Shown here piece after piece: positions 32,104 to 42,980 of a stretch of DNA of 42,980 nt (positions are counted from its first letter, which is position 1; every line of letters starts with the position of its first letter). Both the position numbers and the translations under genes were made by a program. The notes below the pieces were generated by a model. It ran no database searches, had not been told where the DNA came from, and worked only from the letters and a program-made list of their open reading frames with translations. The DNA comes from Moniliella sp. 'wahieum' (taxonomy: Eukaryota): NCBI GenBank assembly GCA_003971905.1, contig RSEE01000099.1:186001-228980 (forward strand), in the 5' to 3' direction.

Positions 32104-32411
32104 TGTTGCCAAAACAAACATGATCCAGCACAGAGACTCCAACCCTTCTTCGCCTGCCTTTCGCCCGTGATGAGGCCTGGAGTCCGGATGGTCCTCAAGG
32201 GTGATATGCAATCGAACTGGTGCTGGTGGTCTAAGCCCACCAGCAACGCCTACACAGGAACATCAAACAGCGAGTCGTTACCAGGGGCTACGCTGCGGAA
32301 CAAGGACAAACAGGAGAGAGATAAGACAATTGAATATTGACCTCCTATATAAGTAGGCCTGAGGAGGAACTGAAGGGACGTTGGCCAGAGCGCGAGTCAT
32401 CCAGCTTAACA
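32104..32411 (-). repeat. 3' LTR of the copia element, with polypurine tract at 32412-32417; left end uncertain
   Basis: On the minus strand GGGGGG is followed directly by TGTTAAG at 32411, and a TTATATA box lies at 32346-32352. Shared blocks with 36399-36674: GGGTGAT..GCAATC, GGTGGTCTAA, AACGCCTACA, ACCAGGGGCTA, TAGGCCTGAGGAGG, GGACGTTGGCCA. Confidence 0.8.
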
Positions 32412-35400
32412 CCCCCCTGGACCACAAGGGACCAATCTGGAAACTCGTAGCCCCAACCGTCAGGAAACCAACGAGAGGAAAGGGGTCAGTGCCATATCGA
32501 ATTGTTTTGAGAGGTGGAAAGAATGGGAAGACCAACAGGTTTTGCTAAACCAACAATCAGAGAGATGATCCACTCCAGGGACACACGGTGAACCGCAAGT
32601 GCCCGCCACGCATGCGTTCTCGCCCCCATGGTGCCACACATCGATCTCGCGGACCTTTCCCAGGCTGCCGAGCTTCTCGGCCAGAGCCTTGGCTGGCAGT
32701 GTTGGCTTGTCGACAAAGAGCTGGATGGGGTGCGTGGCGGAACAGATTCCCAGCTTAAAAGAATGTTGCGCACAAAGAGTGCACTGCGCAGCCCGTCGCC
32801 CATAGCCATGTGCTCGGAAGCGGCCTGGTCGCTTACTCCTTTTTGTTCTGCGTCTTTTTTGGTATATTCCATGACGACACTGGCACGCCATATACAAATA
32901 CGACGTACCCGGAAACACAGGTCTTTTGAACAGGGCGTGTCCGGGGCAAAGAAATCATCCATGGGCAATTCGAGAGGTCTTGGGAGAAGAGAAGGTGTCA
33001 AGCGGAGAGAATGGTCGGCAGGACCCTTCAAACACCTTAACAAGCCAATGGCGCAGTGCCACGGTGAGCCCGAGAAGGATCATCCAGGAAACGAGCCAAG
33101 AAGTGGGGGCAAACAAGCCAGGCGTCCGTCGGGCGAAGAGACATTCGTGCCGATTACATGGCAGACCCGACCATAGGGCGATAAGCATGATTCTCGTCGT
33201 GTGTTGTAGATCGTGGTTCGTGTTCGGGATGACGCAGGGAAGGAGGAAGAGTGTGGCTGAAAGCCGAAGGCGTCCAGAATGGTCGTGGGTCATATCGTAG
33301 GTAGCAAGCGTCTCAGCAATGAATTGCGGCTGGTTCATAATATTGAGAGAGGCGGTTTTATCAATGCGGTCGTACGAGCAGCCGAGAAGGAAACGAAGGG
33401 GGGCATTGGATTTCATTTCGATATGACGGCGATGCTCGACAAGGAAGGAATCGTAATAGATGCCCTCCCAACGGCGAGCAACAAGAAAATCGTCAGTGTG
33501 TGGATCGCCAACGGAATGAGGTCCAAGGATTGGGTACGACGAACAAAAGATGGAAATGGGTAGGATGCTCGCAGTGTACAGAAGGTTGGTTCACTTGAAG
33601 GGGTTTTTCAAGCCATTGTAAATCAAGCCAGGGCCGCCATGTAGAGCAAAGAGCCAGCCTTTACTACCATGGCGCTTGTCGTATCCGATTAGCATGGCGG
33701 GAACGGCCTGCGGACCCAGCTTGCCCCCGTCACCCTGGTTGGGAAAGAGGTCAAGGTAGGTTGAAGTACCGAAACCATACATAGGAATTAAGAGAGGGAA
33801 GGAAACTGTGGTAACGTACGAAGCGGACGTTGCCTCCCCCCATCCTTTCGGATGGATAAGGTTGTGTGTGTACGCAGCAGTGTGAAGGGTATGATATCGC
33901 TATTCCTCGGGGTTGAGGCGAGTAGAGGCGAGCAAGGTGTGAGTACGATACATGATGGAGCGGATCGCCATCTCGGCACACCATTGGAGGCACTTTCACC
34001 TGGATTGGTGGTTTCGGTCACGATGTCTTGTTCGTCGTAAAAATCGATCATGGCGGATGTCACATCGGGATGAGCATTGTCGGATCGGACCACCTGGAGG
34101 GGTCTTTCAGCGTGCTGACGCTGCTCACGGACTCGATAAAGTGGCCAAAAGATGCAACGGCTTCATCATCGGAAGAAAGAGACGTGGCTGGTGAAGTCGT
34201 CAACAATACTAGCCCCCACCCGTTTCCCCCGCCACCTTGACGTGAAGAATATAGACCATCGATGTGAATCAAGGAAAAGGGTCTGGTGGTCCGGGTAACA
34301 TTGGGACAAGGGGAATGAGAAGGGGCTGTGTGACATGCGAGTGAGAGAATACATGACTGTGGCAATTTAATGTTATTGAAGTTGAGGTCGAACAGTCGCT
34401 GCATCTTGAAGTAAAACAACTAAAGAGGGGAAGGTAAGGAAGCGGTTAAGCGTGCAAGCTGGTCAAGGGAGCCTAAGTTCCACTGTGCATGGATTCGGTG
34501 GACCTTATCCAAAACGGTAAAGGATTCAAGGAAATGGACGCTAAAGAAAAGCGAGTCAGAGCGGATAAGGGGTTCGATAAACTGAGTTTTGTAACTAGCG
34601 TCTCCGTAACAAGGCGAGGAATATCACCTGCGCGGTATACAGATAGATAGATATCTTGGTCCCACACGCCATGACCAGACTCTCAATTCGGGCCATCGTT
34701 CGAGAGCTGGTACGCACTTACCAAATTATAGGGAAAAGAAGCACAATAGAAGGAGTCGGGGAGTGTTGAAAACATAAAGGGTAATAGCACGGCACAGATA
34801 TGGATATAGAAAGAGACTGTGCCAATGCCATCGGCTTGCACGTCCAGTCATCTGCACTGAGGACTATAAAAACACGACTAATATAGGGTCATGTGACGTA
34901 AATGCATTCTTATCATTGAAGTCAGACGGGCGCGCGCCTGAATCGTGGTGCGCAGGGAGGTGTTGCGCAAGACTTCCCCGCGCAGTCCTATTCAGGTGGG
35001 TGAGAAGGAGACAGAGATGCAACCGCGCCCTCGGGACCAGTAGGAGGGAAAAAGACAGACCCAGCGGAAGCCGCCGCACTCGGATACGCTGTCACCGAAA
35101 AGAACCCGGAACAGGGACCATAATGGTGGCAGTGGTCCAATTGAGATCAGTTTAGGATCCGTAAGACCAAGTTCCTCAACTCCGTGGACCGGACCCGGTA
35201 GTAGGTGCAACGCCGCCGCCCTGACTGACGCCACCCCACAGGGATGAGCCACGATCCCGAGAAGATCGGCCACCGCGAGAAGAACCCCGCAAAGGGGTGT
35301 GGCCACGCGGCTTACTTCCAGGTGCACCCGGGAAAACACAGGATGCGGTATGGCTTCACGATTGGAGATGATCATCAAAAGATGGTCGTAGTCGTCATTG

Positions 35401-36398
35401 AGATGTGACGCCGTAAAACTGGGATCGTGCAAACCATTGAGCAAACATATGCTAAAGTACCAGTCAGGGAGAGGCGGAGAACCCGAGCGCATACGTAGCT
35501 TATAAACGAGGCTGCGGTGGCGTTCCACATATTTAGCGCCGGACCAGGTTCCAATCTCAAGATCCATCAGTTGCTGAAAAAGGGTCACGAGATCCGCCGG
35601 GGACGACCGACCGTAACGTTGAAGCAGATCGCGGAACAACGCAGAACCCATGCCTCCAGTTTCAGAGGAGGGAATAGTCGAGGCAGCATCGCGGTGGAGA
35701 TGGGCCAAGAGTGGCCCGTGGAGTTTGCGGTCCAGAAGGCTGTTATAGTGAGGATCACTTTCGTCATTTTGAAGAAGCGCACGTGCACCACTCGCTGCAC
35801 CGTCAAGGCGGTCCAGAACTAAGTCCGCCCACGCCCAAAAGTCTTGTCCGATATTGTATTTGTCCGTAGTGTTGATACCGCGTGTAAGTTTTGCCAGAGA
35901 TGGGAAGGGCTCAACCTGGTGATAGACGCAGATGCAGATGAGGTGTTGACCAGTTGCTTCGCGGAAACGGCCTTGCCTTCAAGAACCGCCATGGCAGCGG
36001 TTGAGCCCACCGCGGCACCCCACCTGGTCTTGGCCAAGTCCAAGAGACATTCCGCAGAAATAATGGAACTCAGACGAGTCAAGATAGCTGTGATCTCATC
36101 GTCGATTGGCGGAGACGTTGAAGCAGCGACAGCTGGAATGCTTCCAAGTCAGGCAAAGACGGGATGGTTGCCCGTGGGGTTGGGACAGGATCCACAGGTT
36201 CAGACGTTTCGGAGGATGGCGTGGGCGAAGAAGGGAGGAACCAAGATGAATCGCAATCGTCCAGCATAACACGGCGAAAGACGTCACGCACGTCGTTGAA
36301 TTGACATGTGACAGACGTCTGGGAAGACGGATCGCTGGGGACCCACCCTTTTGTAGGATCCCGATCATTTTCACGATCTTTGCTGTTGGGGCGATCAC

Positions 36399-36674
36399 TG
36401 TTACTCTTCACTGGATGATGAGCGAAGAGTTGTAACTCTGATGGGACGGCTGGATCCTTGCGGGTGATGCAATCTCACTGTTGCTGGTGGTGGTCTAATC
36501 CAACCAGCAAAAACGCCTACAGAGGACAAATCAGCTAGCCGCCACCAGGGGCTAAGCAATGGAACAAAAGGAGAAAAGGAGAGAAATAGAACGGAGCTCC
36601 TAATAGGCCTGAGGAGGGACTGAAAGGACGTTGGCCAAAACACATGAGCCACCCGGTGGCTCAACCGCATCACA
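36399..36674 (-). repeat. 5' LTR of the copia element
   Basis: Colinear diverged copy of ~32199-32411. The minus-strand end ..GTAACA at 36399 is followed by a possible PBS-like GTGATCGCCCC. The outer end is at 36666 or 36674. Confidence 0.75.
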
Positions 36675-39434
36675 GGTCTGTCTGTGGTTCACACTTGCAT
36701 GCTGTCTACCTAAGCAATTAAGCTTGTCTTCTCAAATTCGCTGCAGAATAAAAGCCTCGCTAGACGCCCGGGGCCGGCTTCCTTAATAGATCCATTACAG
36801 GCCCACGATCGCACGTTCTCACTTTTCAATCAGCTCGCTTGCCCTCCCTCGCCCATCGGAGCTCCCCGCTTTCTTTCCCGGCCCGGTAAGGTACGAGCTC
36901 CTTTGCTGACGCTGTGCCTGTGGTGGCTCTACTGGATGAACAGCAAATCACTACTCGCGACCCTGCTTCGTTCACGCCGGTGTTCCTTTGAACTGGGTAA
37001 GACTGAGCGAGGGCCAAACACGAACGGAACGAGGCGAGAAAACAAGTAGAGGGCCATCGGGGGGAAGAAGGCAAGAAAGCCTAAAAACACTGAGTCCAAA
37101 AATGTGTAGAGAGTGATGGGAATTACTAAGGCCGGCCAACGGAGGGCGAGACGGAGAAGAAAACAGACTTGTGTAGATTGGGATATATATACTAGGAAGA
37201 GAGCTGAATCGAGATAGCGAGAGCGCGAGACGGAGGAAAGAAGAGAGGCTGAGGATAGTGAGATGGAGAGATTTTCCCCGAGAAGAGGGAACGAACCAAG
37301 ACAAGGAGACAGTAGCTGAGCAGACGCCTAGACGCCCGCATGTGACACTTAGTGCCATAAAAGCATCATGCATGGGTAATGCAGGCACCACAGCCATTTC
37401 CATCGTTTCAACAACGGAAAATGGACTCCACTACGAAGCGATAAAATACTCCAGTCTGTGGAGAGGTCCGTTCTCTGGAGGCAAAAGCATCCATCATAAC
37501 AGATCCAACCAAGATTGTACTGGCAAAGAGAGAAGGATGGTTGCGGTTCCGTGCTGTGCCCCGGCCATATCCTGCTGGTACCGTTTCGGGGCTGTTCCAA
37601 AAAAGCGGTATCCGATTCACGAGAAACTATGGACTGAACTGAGCAGAATGAACCCTTAAGTAACCGGAAACCGTGAGAAGCGTTTCACCCTCAACCGGAT
37701 TCGCTCATCCGTGGTTGGCTTGCAGCTTGCATTCCAGGCACCCAGAGATTGCACAGCTCTTTGACAGCTTTTCCACAGCTCGATATTCGGCCCTTTGTGT
37801 AGTATTGCATTAGTAGTCCAGAGTCTCGAGCGTCTAGGTGACTGTGGTGACTAGAGACTGAGTGAGACGTTCGCGGCGCCGGATATCCACAATTCTGGCG
37901 GATGCGAACACTGCGTACAACTGAAGAGTCTGCCCAGGAGAGGTACGAGTATGGTGTGTGAGTGTGAGAGCAGTGACTAGTGAACCTGGCGATTCTATGG
38001 CGGTGGGAAAGGCGGGCTGGCGAGGCAGATCATATGAACGCGCGCGTAAATGATAGCGCAAGAAGCGCTTACTGTGCGATTACTCGAGGTGACTGTGGTG
38101 TAGCTAGTAGCTGCACCCGGGGATTGTGGATGGGGATGGAGATGGGCAGCCCAGGATGGCTGCGTGGCTTGTTGGCTGGCTGATGTGGATGCCGGTGAGC
38201 GATGATCGAAGGCGTGGACGACATGGGCCCCGAGGAGGTGGAGGAGGGTGGAGTCGGGGGGGGGCGACAGATGGGCAGGGACGAACGAGGGGCGTGTTTG
38301 TGCTTCACATTGTACAGCACACTTACTTGACATTTCACATTTCACACAGGAGCTGAGCCAGGGCGCTCCAGTTGGGCATGTGGCGCCTCCCCCGGATGTC
38401 CGCTGACCGTCACCGATGGATGTTTCAACACAGAGCCCAGGCGAGCGATGCACGATGATTCAGGGTGGCAGGGCGGGGGCCGCTGAAAAAAAAATCTCGG
38501 GCCGCCGATCGTCGATCACTGATCACTCGATCACCGGCAGCGCCGCTGCGTACTCCACTGCAGCAGTGCCGGTCACCCTGCCGTGCGCTGGGGAGGCGGT
38601 GGGAGCACCCTGGTGCACCACGGGAGCACCGCAGCGGTTATGCGTTGCGCAGCGGCCAGGACGGGCGACTGGTCAGTGTCCGGGGACACTAGTTCAATCG
38701 ATCATGCATCCGCAGCACCCATCACATAAGCACACGCGCGCGCGTGCGGATGCTGAGCGCGGATCCCCCCAGCCTGACAGTCGCTTGCTGTCCCTTGCAG
38801 TGTCGCCACGCCTTGCGGCTCAGGCCCAGGACCACAGTGCCTAGTGGCCTCTGGCAACTGGCCACCGTACCTCGGTAACGCGTAACGCTTAATGCGTAAA
38901 CGTCGCAACACGGCAGGTGAACGCGCAGACACTGCCCCCCCGCCGCGGATATGGGTGCGGAGGCACCGGCGCAGGGCAGTGTGGCGAGTGTGGCGAGGGG
39001 GCACGCCGGGACACTGCAAGGATTGCCCAGAGCACTGCCAGGGCGGGCAGCTGCCGCCACTAGGCTGCAGTGCCGGGCGCCGCCCCAGGCGGCATGCACG
39101 TTGTGCACCCTGTGTGTGCTGTGCCTTGGTGCCTTGCTCAGCTGTCCTGCCGTGCATGCTGCCGCGTGCCGGCAAGGAGGACAGGCAAGAGAAGCGGAAC
39201 GAGCCAAGCCAGTCCCACCACTCCACCCACAGCGCATTGGACCCCCACCTCCCCCCACCTCCCTCCATCCCCATCCCATCCCCATCCATCCCCATCTCGT
39301 CCCCCCCTCGCCACCGCGGCTGGCCCACGCTCCTTACTGTGCGCTTGCGCTTCCACTTCTTTACGTCCCTTCTCCTTCTCCCCGCGGCCAAGTCCTCCGC
39401 TGGAGCGGCTGTGCCTGGCCTGGCCTTGCCCACC

Positions 39435-42400
39435 ATGCTCTTCCGCCGCTTCGCCCACCCATCCGCCCTGCTTGCGCTCCTCGTCGCCTCGCCCTCGCCT
39501 CGTCGCCCACGCCCACCAGCCCAGGCCCAACGCACACCATCACCGCCGCCTTGCCCTCCAGGCCCAGCACGCTGCCCACGCACCTCCCGCCAACGCCAGT
39601 TCGATTGGTGGTGGCCCCTGGCCAAGGACAACTCGGGCTCCAACTCGGGCTCCAACTCGGGTTCCAGCTCGCTCGACCCCTCTTCGATCGACACACGCCC
39701 CCATTGGCCCTTGCCCCACTCCCTCCTCCACCCCACCAGCGCTGCGTCCCATGCGCAGCACAAGGGTGCGACGGATACTCCCCAGAAAAGCCCTTATTCC
39801 GCCTCCGACAATGACGACTCTGGATCTGGATCTGGATCCAGTTCTGCTTCCCCGGATTCCAGCTCCAGCTCCCCCACCCACCATCACTCTGCCTCTCCGA
39901 TTCCTCGAGCGAGTCGGAGTCGTCGAGTGAGTCGGACACGGCCACGGCTACGCCCACCCACCACCACTCTGCTTCTCCGACTTCCTCTAGTGAGTCGGTG
40001 TCGTCGAGTGAGTCGGATTCCTCCCGTTCGAACACGGACACGGCCACGGCGACGCCACCCACCACCACTCTGCTTCTCCCACTTCCTCTAGCGAGCCGGA
40101 ATCGTCGAGTGAGTCGAAGTCGTCGAGTGAGTCGGAATCGAGGAGTGAGTCGGAATCTTCCCGCTCGGAAACGAAAACGGCCACACCCACCCACCACCGT
40201 TCTGCTTCTCCCACCTCTTCAAGCGACTCGGTGTCGTCCAGCGATTCGGGGTCTTCGAGCTCACCGACGGCCACTGCTGTTCCTACCCATCATCACTCTT
40301 CTCCCCTTCGTCCTCTGCAAGCGTCAAGTCGAGCTCGCGATCCCCCGTCTCGTCGGCGCAATCGTTTTCGCAATCGAGTGTGGACTCAACTCCTTCGAGC
40401 TCCAGCCCGGATCAATCTCGGTCGTCTTCGGCAACCTCTGAGGCTAGCTCAACGGATTTGAAACCCAGTCCGACCAGGTCCAATACTCCCACCAGCTCGG
40501 CTGTGTCGTCTTCTCCCTTGCACCATCGCCCCCATCCCTCCAGTGGAGCCTCGACGTCCATGGTTCCTCCATCGACTCCTCGGCTTCCGCACACGGCTCC
40601 TCCACCCCCCGTCCATGCCTCCAGCGCCTCCGCCTCCTCCCTCCGAGTCTCGCAGCGCCTCAGTGCCTACCCGTCCCACGTCACGTCCTCACCGGCATTC
40701 GTTCTGCAACCGACACCGACAGCTCAGTCAGCCGCTCCATCTTCGCCTCGTCCGTCATCTCGGGCTTCAGTCCCGTCCCATCTCACTCACGTTCGCACCC
40801 CATCCTTCGGGGAGCAGCGCAGCGGCAAGTTCGGTGGCTTCGTCGCTAGGGTCCTCGGCCTCCCAGTCCAGCGCGAGTGAGGTGAGTCCCTCCCCTCGTC
40901 CTGGGTCCATGGCATCTCCTCGTCCAATGTACCCCCCTCGGGTAGCTCGCGCCCGGTCCTTTCGTCGGGCAGCAGCACGGGTACTGCATTGCCGTCGGGT
41001 CACCATTCGCGGTCCGTTCCCGTGTCTGGAAGCAGCTCGCGTCCTGCGCCTGCGTCCGGAATGAGCTCGGGTACAGCCTCTCTGTCTGGGACCTACTCCA
41101 ACTCCCCCACCTCGCCGTACGGTAGTAGTGCCACGCTGGCTTCTGGTTCTGGTTCTGGCTCTGGCTCCCGCTCCCGCTCCGAGGTTGGTTCCAGCACCCG
41201 CTCCACTGCCGTCTTCTGGCTCGGGCATGCACTCGTCCGCGGGAAGCGCATCCAAACTTGGGAGGCAGCGGCACCCCTCCATCTTTGCGTCTTCCTTCCA
41301 CACCAGCACGTTATCGGGCCAAGCGTCTTCGGGCACGGGCAGTGCCTCGGCCCCGTCGCCTCGCGCTCCTCAGGATCAAGTGGCATCTTTTCGGGTTCGG
41401 CACAGCCTTCGTCGGGTCCGCCACGGGCGCCTCGGGTTCGTCGGTCGTGCCTGCTCGTCGGTTATGCCTGGTTCGTCGGTCGTGCCTGGTTCGTCGGTCA
41501 TGCCTGGCTCGTCGGTCATGCCTGGCTCGTCGGTCATGCCAGGTTCGTCGGTGGCGCTTGGTCCGTCGGCAGCCTCGGGTTCGGTGGTACCGTCTTCCGG
41601 TTCGGCGCAACAGTCCGGCTCAGCGAGCCAGTCGCACGGCCCATCCGGCAGCTCGGCCACTCCCACTGCGTCTAGTTCGGGAAACGCTCACAGCAACGGC
41701 AACAGCAAGTCGTCATCGTCGGGAGCAACTCGTACACCAACTACAGCTATGCACCCAGTAAATCGCTCCTCTTGCCGCCTGGCAGTTCGTCCAGCAATGT
41801 TTCTTCTTTGGGACCGAAGCTCTCCTTGTCCTCTGCGGCTCCGGCAGCGTCGGCGTCCGTCGTGCAGCCTCAACTTCCTGCCTCGATTGCGCCGATGAAC
41901 GGCAGCCCCAGCAACCGATCAACACGACGAGCATTGCCTTGCTCTTCAACAGTCGGTTATGTGCCGGATGTGGCGGGCCCGAATGCTGGGGAGCTTCCGG
42001 CACAGCTGTTCAACTTTATGCCTACTGTGGTTGGTACCGGGCTTAACATCTCAGCGGACAAGGTGGTGACGTATGCCCTGCAGGCGTACCACGGCGCTGG
42101 CGAGGTGGACTCGACCAACTGGCATTCGCAAACGGTGTATGAGGCGTTCATCCCCAAGGACCTGGTCCAAGCATTACAAACAGCTGTCAACGACCCCCAC
42201 TCGTCCTTGTACACCCACCAACTCCAAGGCATCAACTTTGAGCTGGCTTCGTACATCACACTGGCTTCAACATTCTTTCTGGGGCGGGCAACACCAAGTC
42301 GGCGCAGCTCAATGCGTCTGGCACGGGGAACGGGCACAGCAACACGCTGCGGGATGCGTTGATTGGCGTGTTCGTTCCACTCGTGGTGTTGCTTGCGGCG

Positions 42401-42980
42401 GCGTTGGTGGCGGTGCTGCTGTGGAGGAAGAAGAAAGATGCGCGTGACGCGGCACTGGCGAGGGAGAAGCGGGAGAAGGAAGAGCAGTGTGGGGCACGAG
42501 TCCGCTCCAACGACAGGCCACGATGCGGTCGGTCGGGCTGCGCGAAACGTGGGATCCCACTGCGATGGAAAACGAGGGAGGACACGCGGCGCAAGCCAGT
42601 GCTGCGGGTGTTGGGGGCGCTGTGACCGCCAGTGCGATTGGAGTCCACCCAGTGGCCGGACGGGCCAGTTCAGCGTGTCGGATACGTCGGACCCGTCGGG
42701 AGCCGTCGACTCTGACCGGGGCCGTGGGACGGGCGGAGGACGCTTCGCCAGTCTCTGGACAGGTGCGGGAGAGAACCCGTTTGCCGAGCACACGGCCGTC
42801 CTGACCACTGGCCAATCCGTTCGTCCCAGCGGGCTTCGATTGCAACTCGTGGCACTGGCCTCACCTGGTCCGCCGAGTCCTCCTCCTCCTCTGACCACCT
42901 TGCCATCCCGCGCGCGCCGGGTTTGGCTACCATCCCAGCCTCGCCTGCTCTGTCCAAAGCCAGTACTCGGCTTCGGACAG
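39435..42980 (+). CDS. MSB2: Msb2/Hkr1-like signalling mucin (type I membrane protein); frameshifted; continues beyond the window
   Basis: Signal peptide MLFRRFAHPSALLALLVA; about 2.3 kb of S/T/P-rich sequence with tandem repeats; HMH-like domain (AQLFNFMPTVV..VVTYALQAY..VYEAFIPKDLVQALQ..SSLY..ELASYI); TM LIGVFVPLVVLLAAALVAVLLW followed by RKKK; cytoplasmic tail. Orthology is inferred from architecture only. Confidence 0.75.
39871..40310 (+). repeat. Coding repeats PTHHH(S/R)..SP alternating with SSSES runs in the mucin
   Basis: Five related CCCACCCACCA(C/T)CACTCTGCTTCTCC-like units near 39873, 39953, 40054, 40186 and 40282, separated by variable TCGTCGAGTGAGTCG units. Confidence 0.85.
41438..41553 (+). 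repeat. 18-bp coding tandem repeat (SSV(M/V)PG), about 6 copies
   Basis: TCGTCGGTCATGCCTGG(C/T) units; the first unit is 17 nt, which is consistent with an indel error. Confidence 0.9.

Larger units (their letters stand above)
32104..36674 (-). mobile_element. Degenerate Ty1/copia LTR retrotransposon (gag-PR-IN-RT-RNaseH); outer ends approximate
   Basis: Minus-strand relics in copia order. Gag: LFRDLLQRYGRSS..LFQQLMDL (~35400-35700). Protease: DSGA (~34933-34944). Integrase: RPFSLIHIDG, RSDNA..ETTNPGESASNGV. SH3-like: KLGPQAVPAMLIGYD. RT: HTDD (33489-33500), FLLG..NQPQFIAETL. RNase H: EQKGVS..ASEHMA, REIDVWHH. Two diverged direct repeats flank these. No target-site duplication was found. Confidence 0.9.

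Noticed and set aside
37836..38100. 14-bp direct repeat AGGTGACTGTGGTG at 37836 and 38087 as element boundaries
   Set aside because: No TIRs or coding relic lie between them, and GTGAC-rich motifs are common in this intergenic DNA.
39871..41553. CRISPR-like repeat-spacer array
   Set aside because: The repeats are degenerate and coding, the intervening sequences are related to each other, the context is eukaryotic and no cas genes are present.

Overview
GC-rich fungal genomic DNA. The short GT..AG introns with CTAAC/CTGAC branch points and the protein styles suggest a basidiomycete, probably Ustilaginomycotina (inference). Nearly every gene is broken by single-base indels, most likely from an unpolished long-read assembly, so gene ends and exon boundaries are partly approximate. 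In order, the window holds: a 2OG-Fe(II) oxygenase (+), pentafunctional ARO1 (-), adenylyl-sulfate kinase MET14 (+, head-to-head with ARO1), Hsp70 SSZ1 (-), an orphan signal-peptide/TM protein (+), an oxysterol-binding protein (+), SGT2 (-), FPP synthase ERG20 (-), eIF4E (-), a WDR44/DGR2-like WD40 protein (+), an intron-containing tRNA-Cys(GCA), a degenerate Ty1/copia LTR retrotransposon (-) about 100 bp downstream of that tRNA, and an Msb2/Hkr1-like signalling mucin (+) that runs off the window. I cannot support a wholly new biological system here. The best leads are (i) a recurring class of intergenic 7-bp-period quasi-palindromic arrays, mostly with a GTNAC core, (ii) the copia element directly 3' of a tRNA gene, and (iii) His-triad repeats in the mucin.
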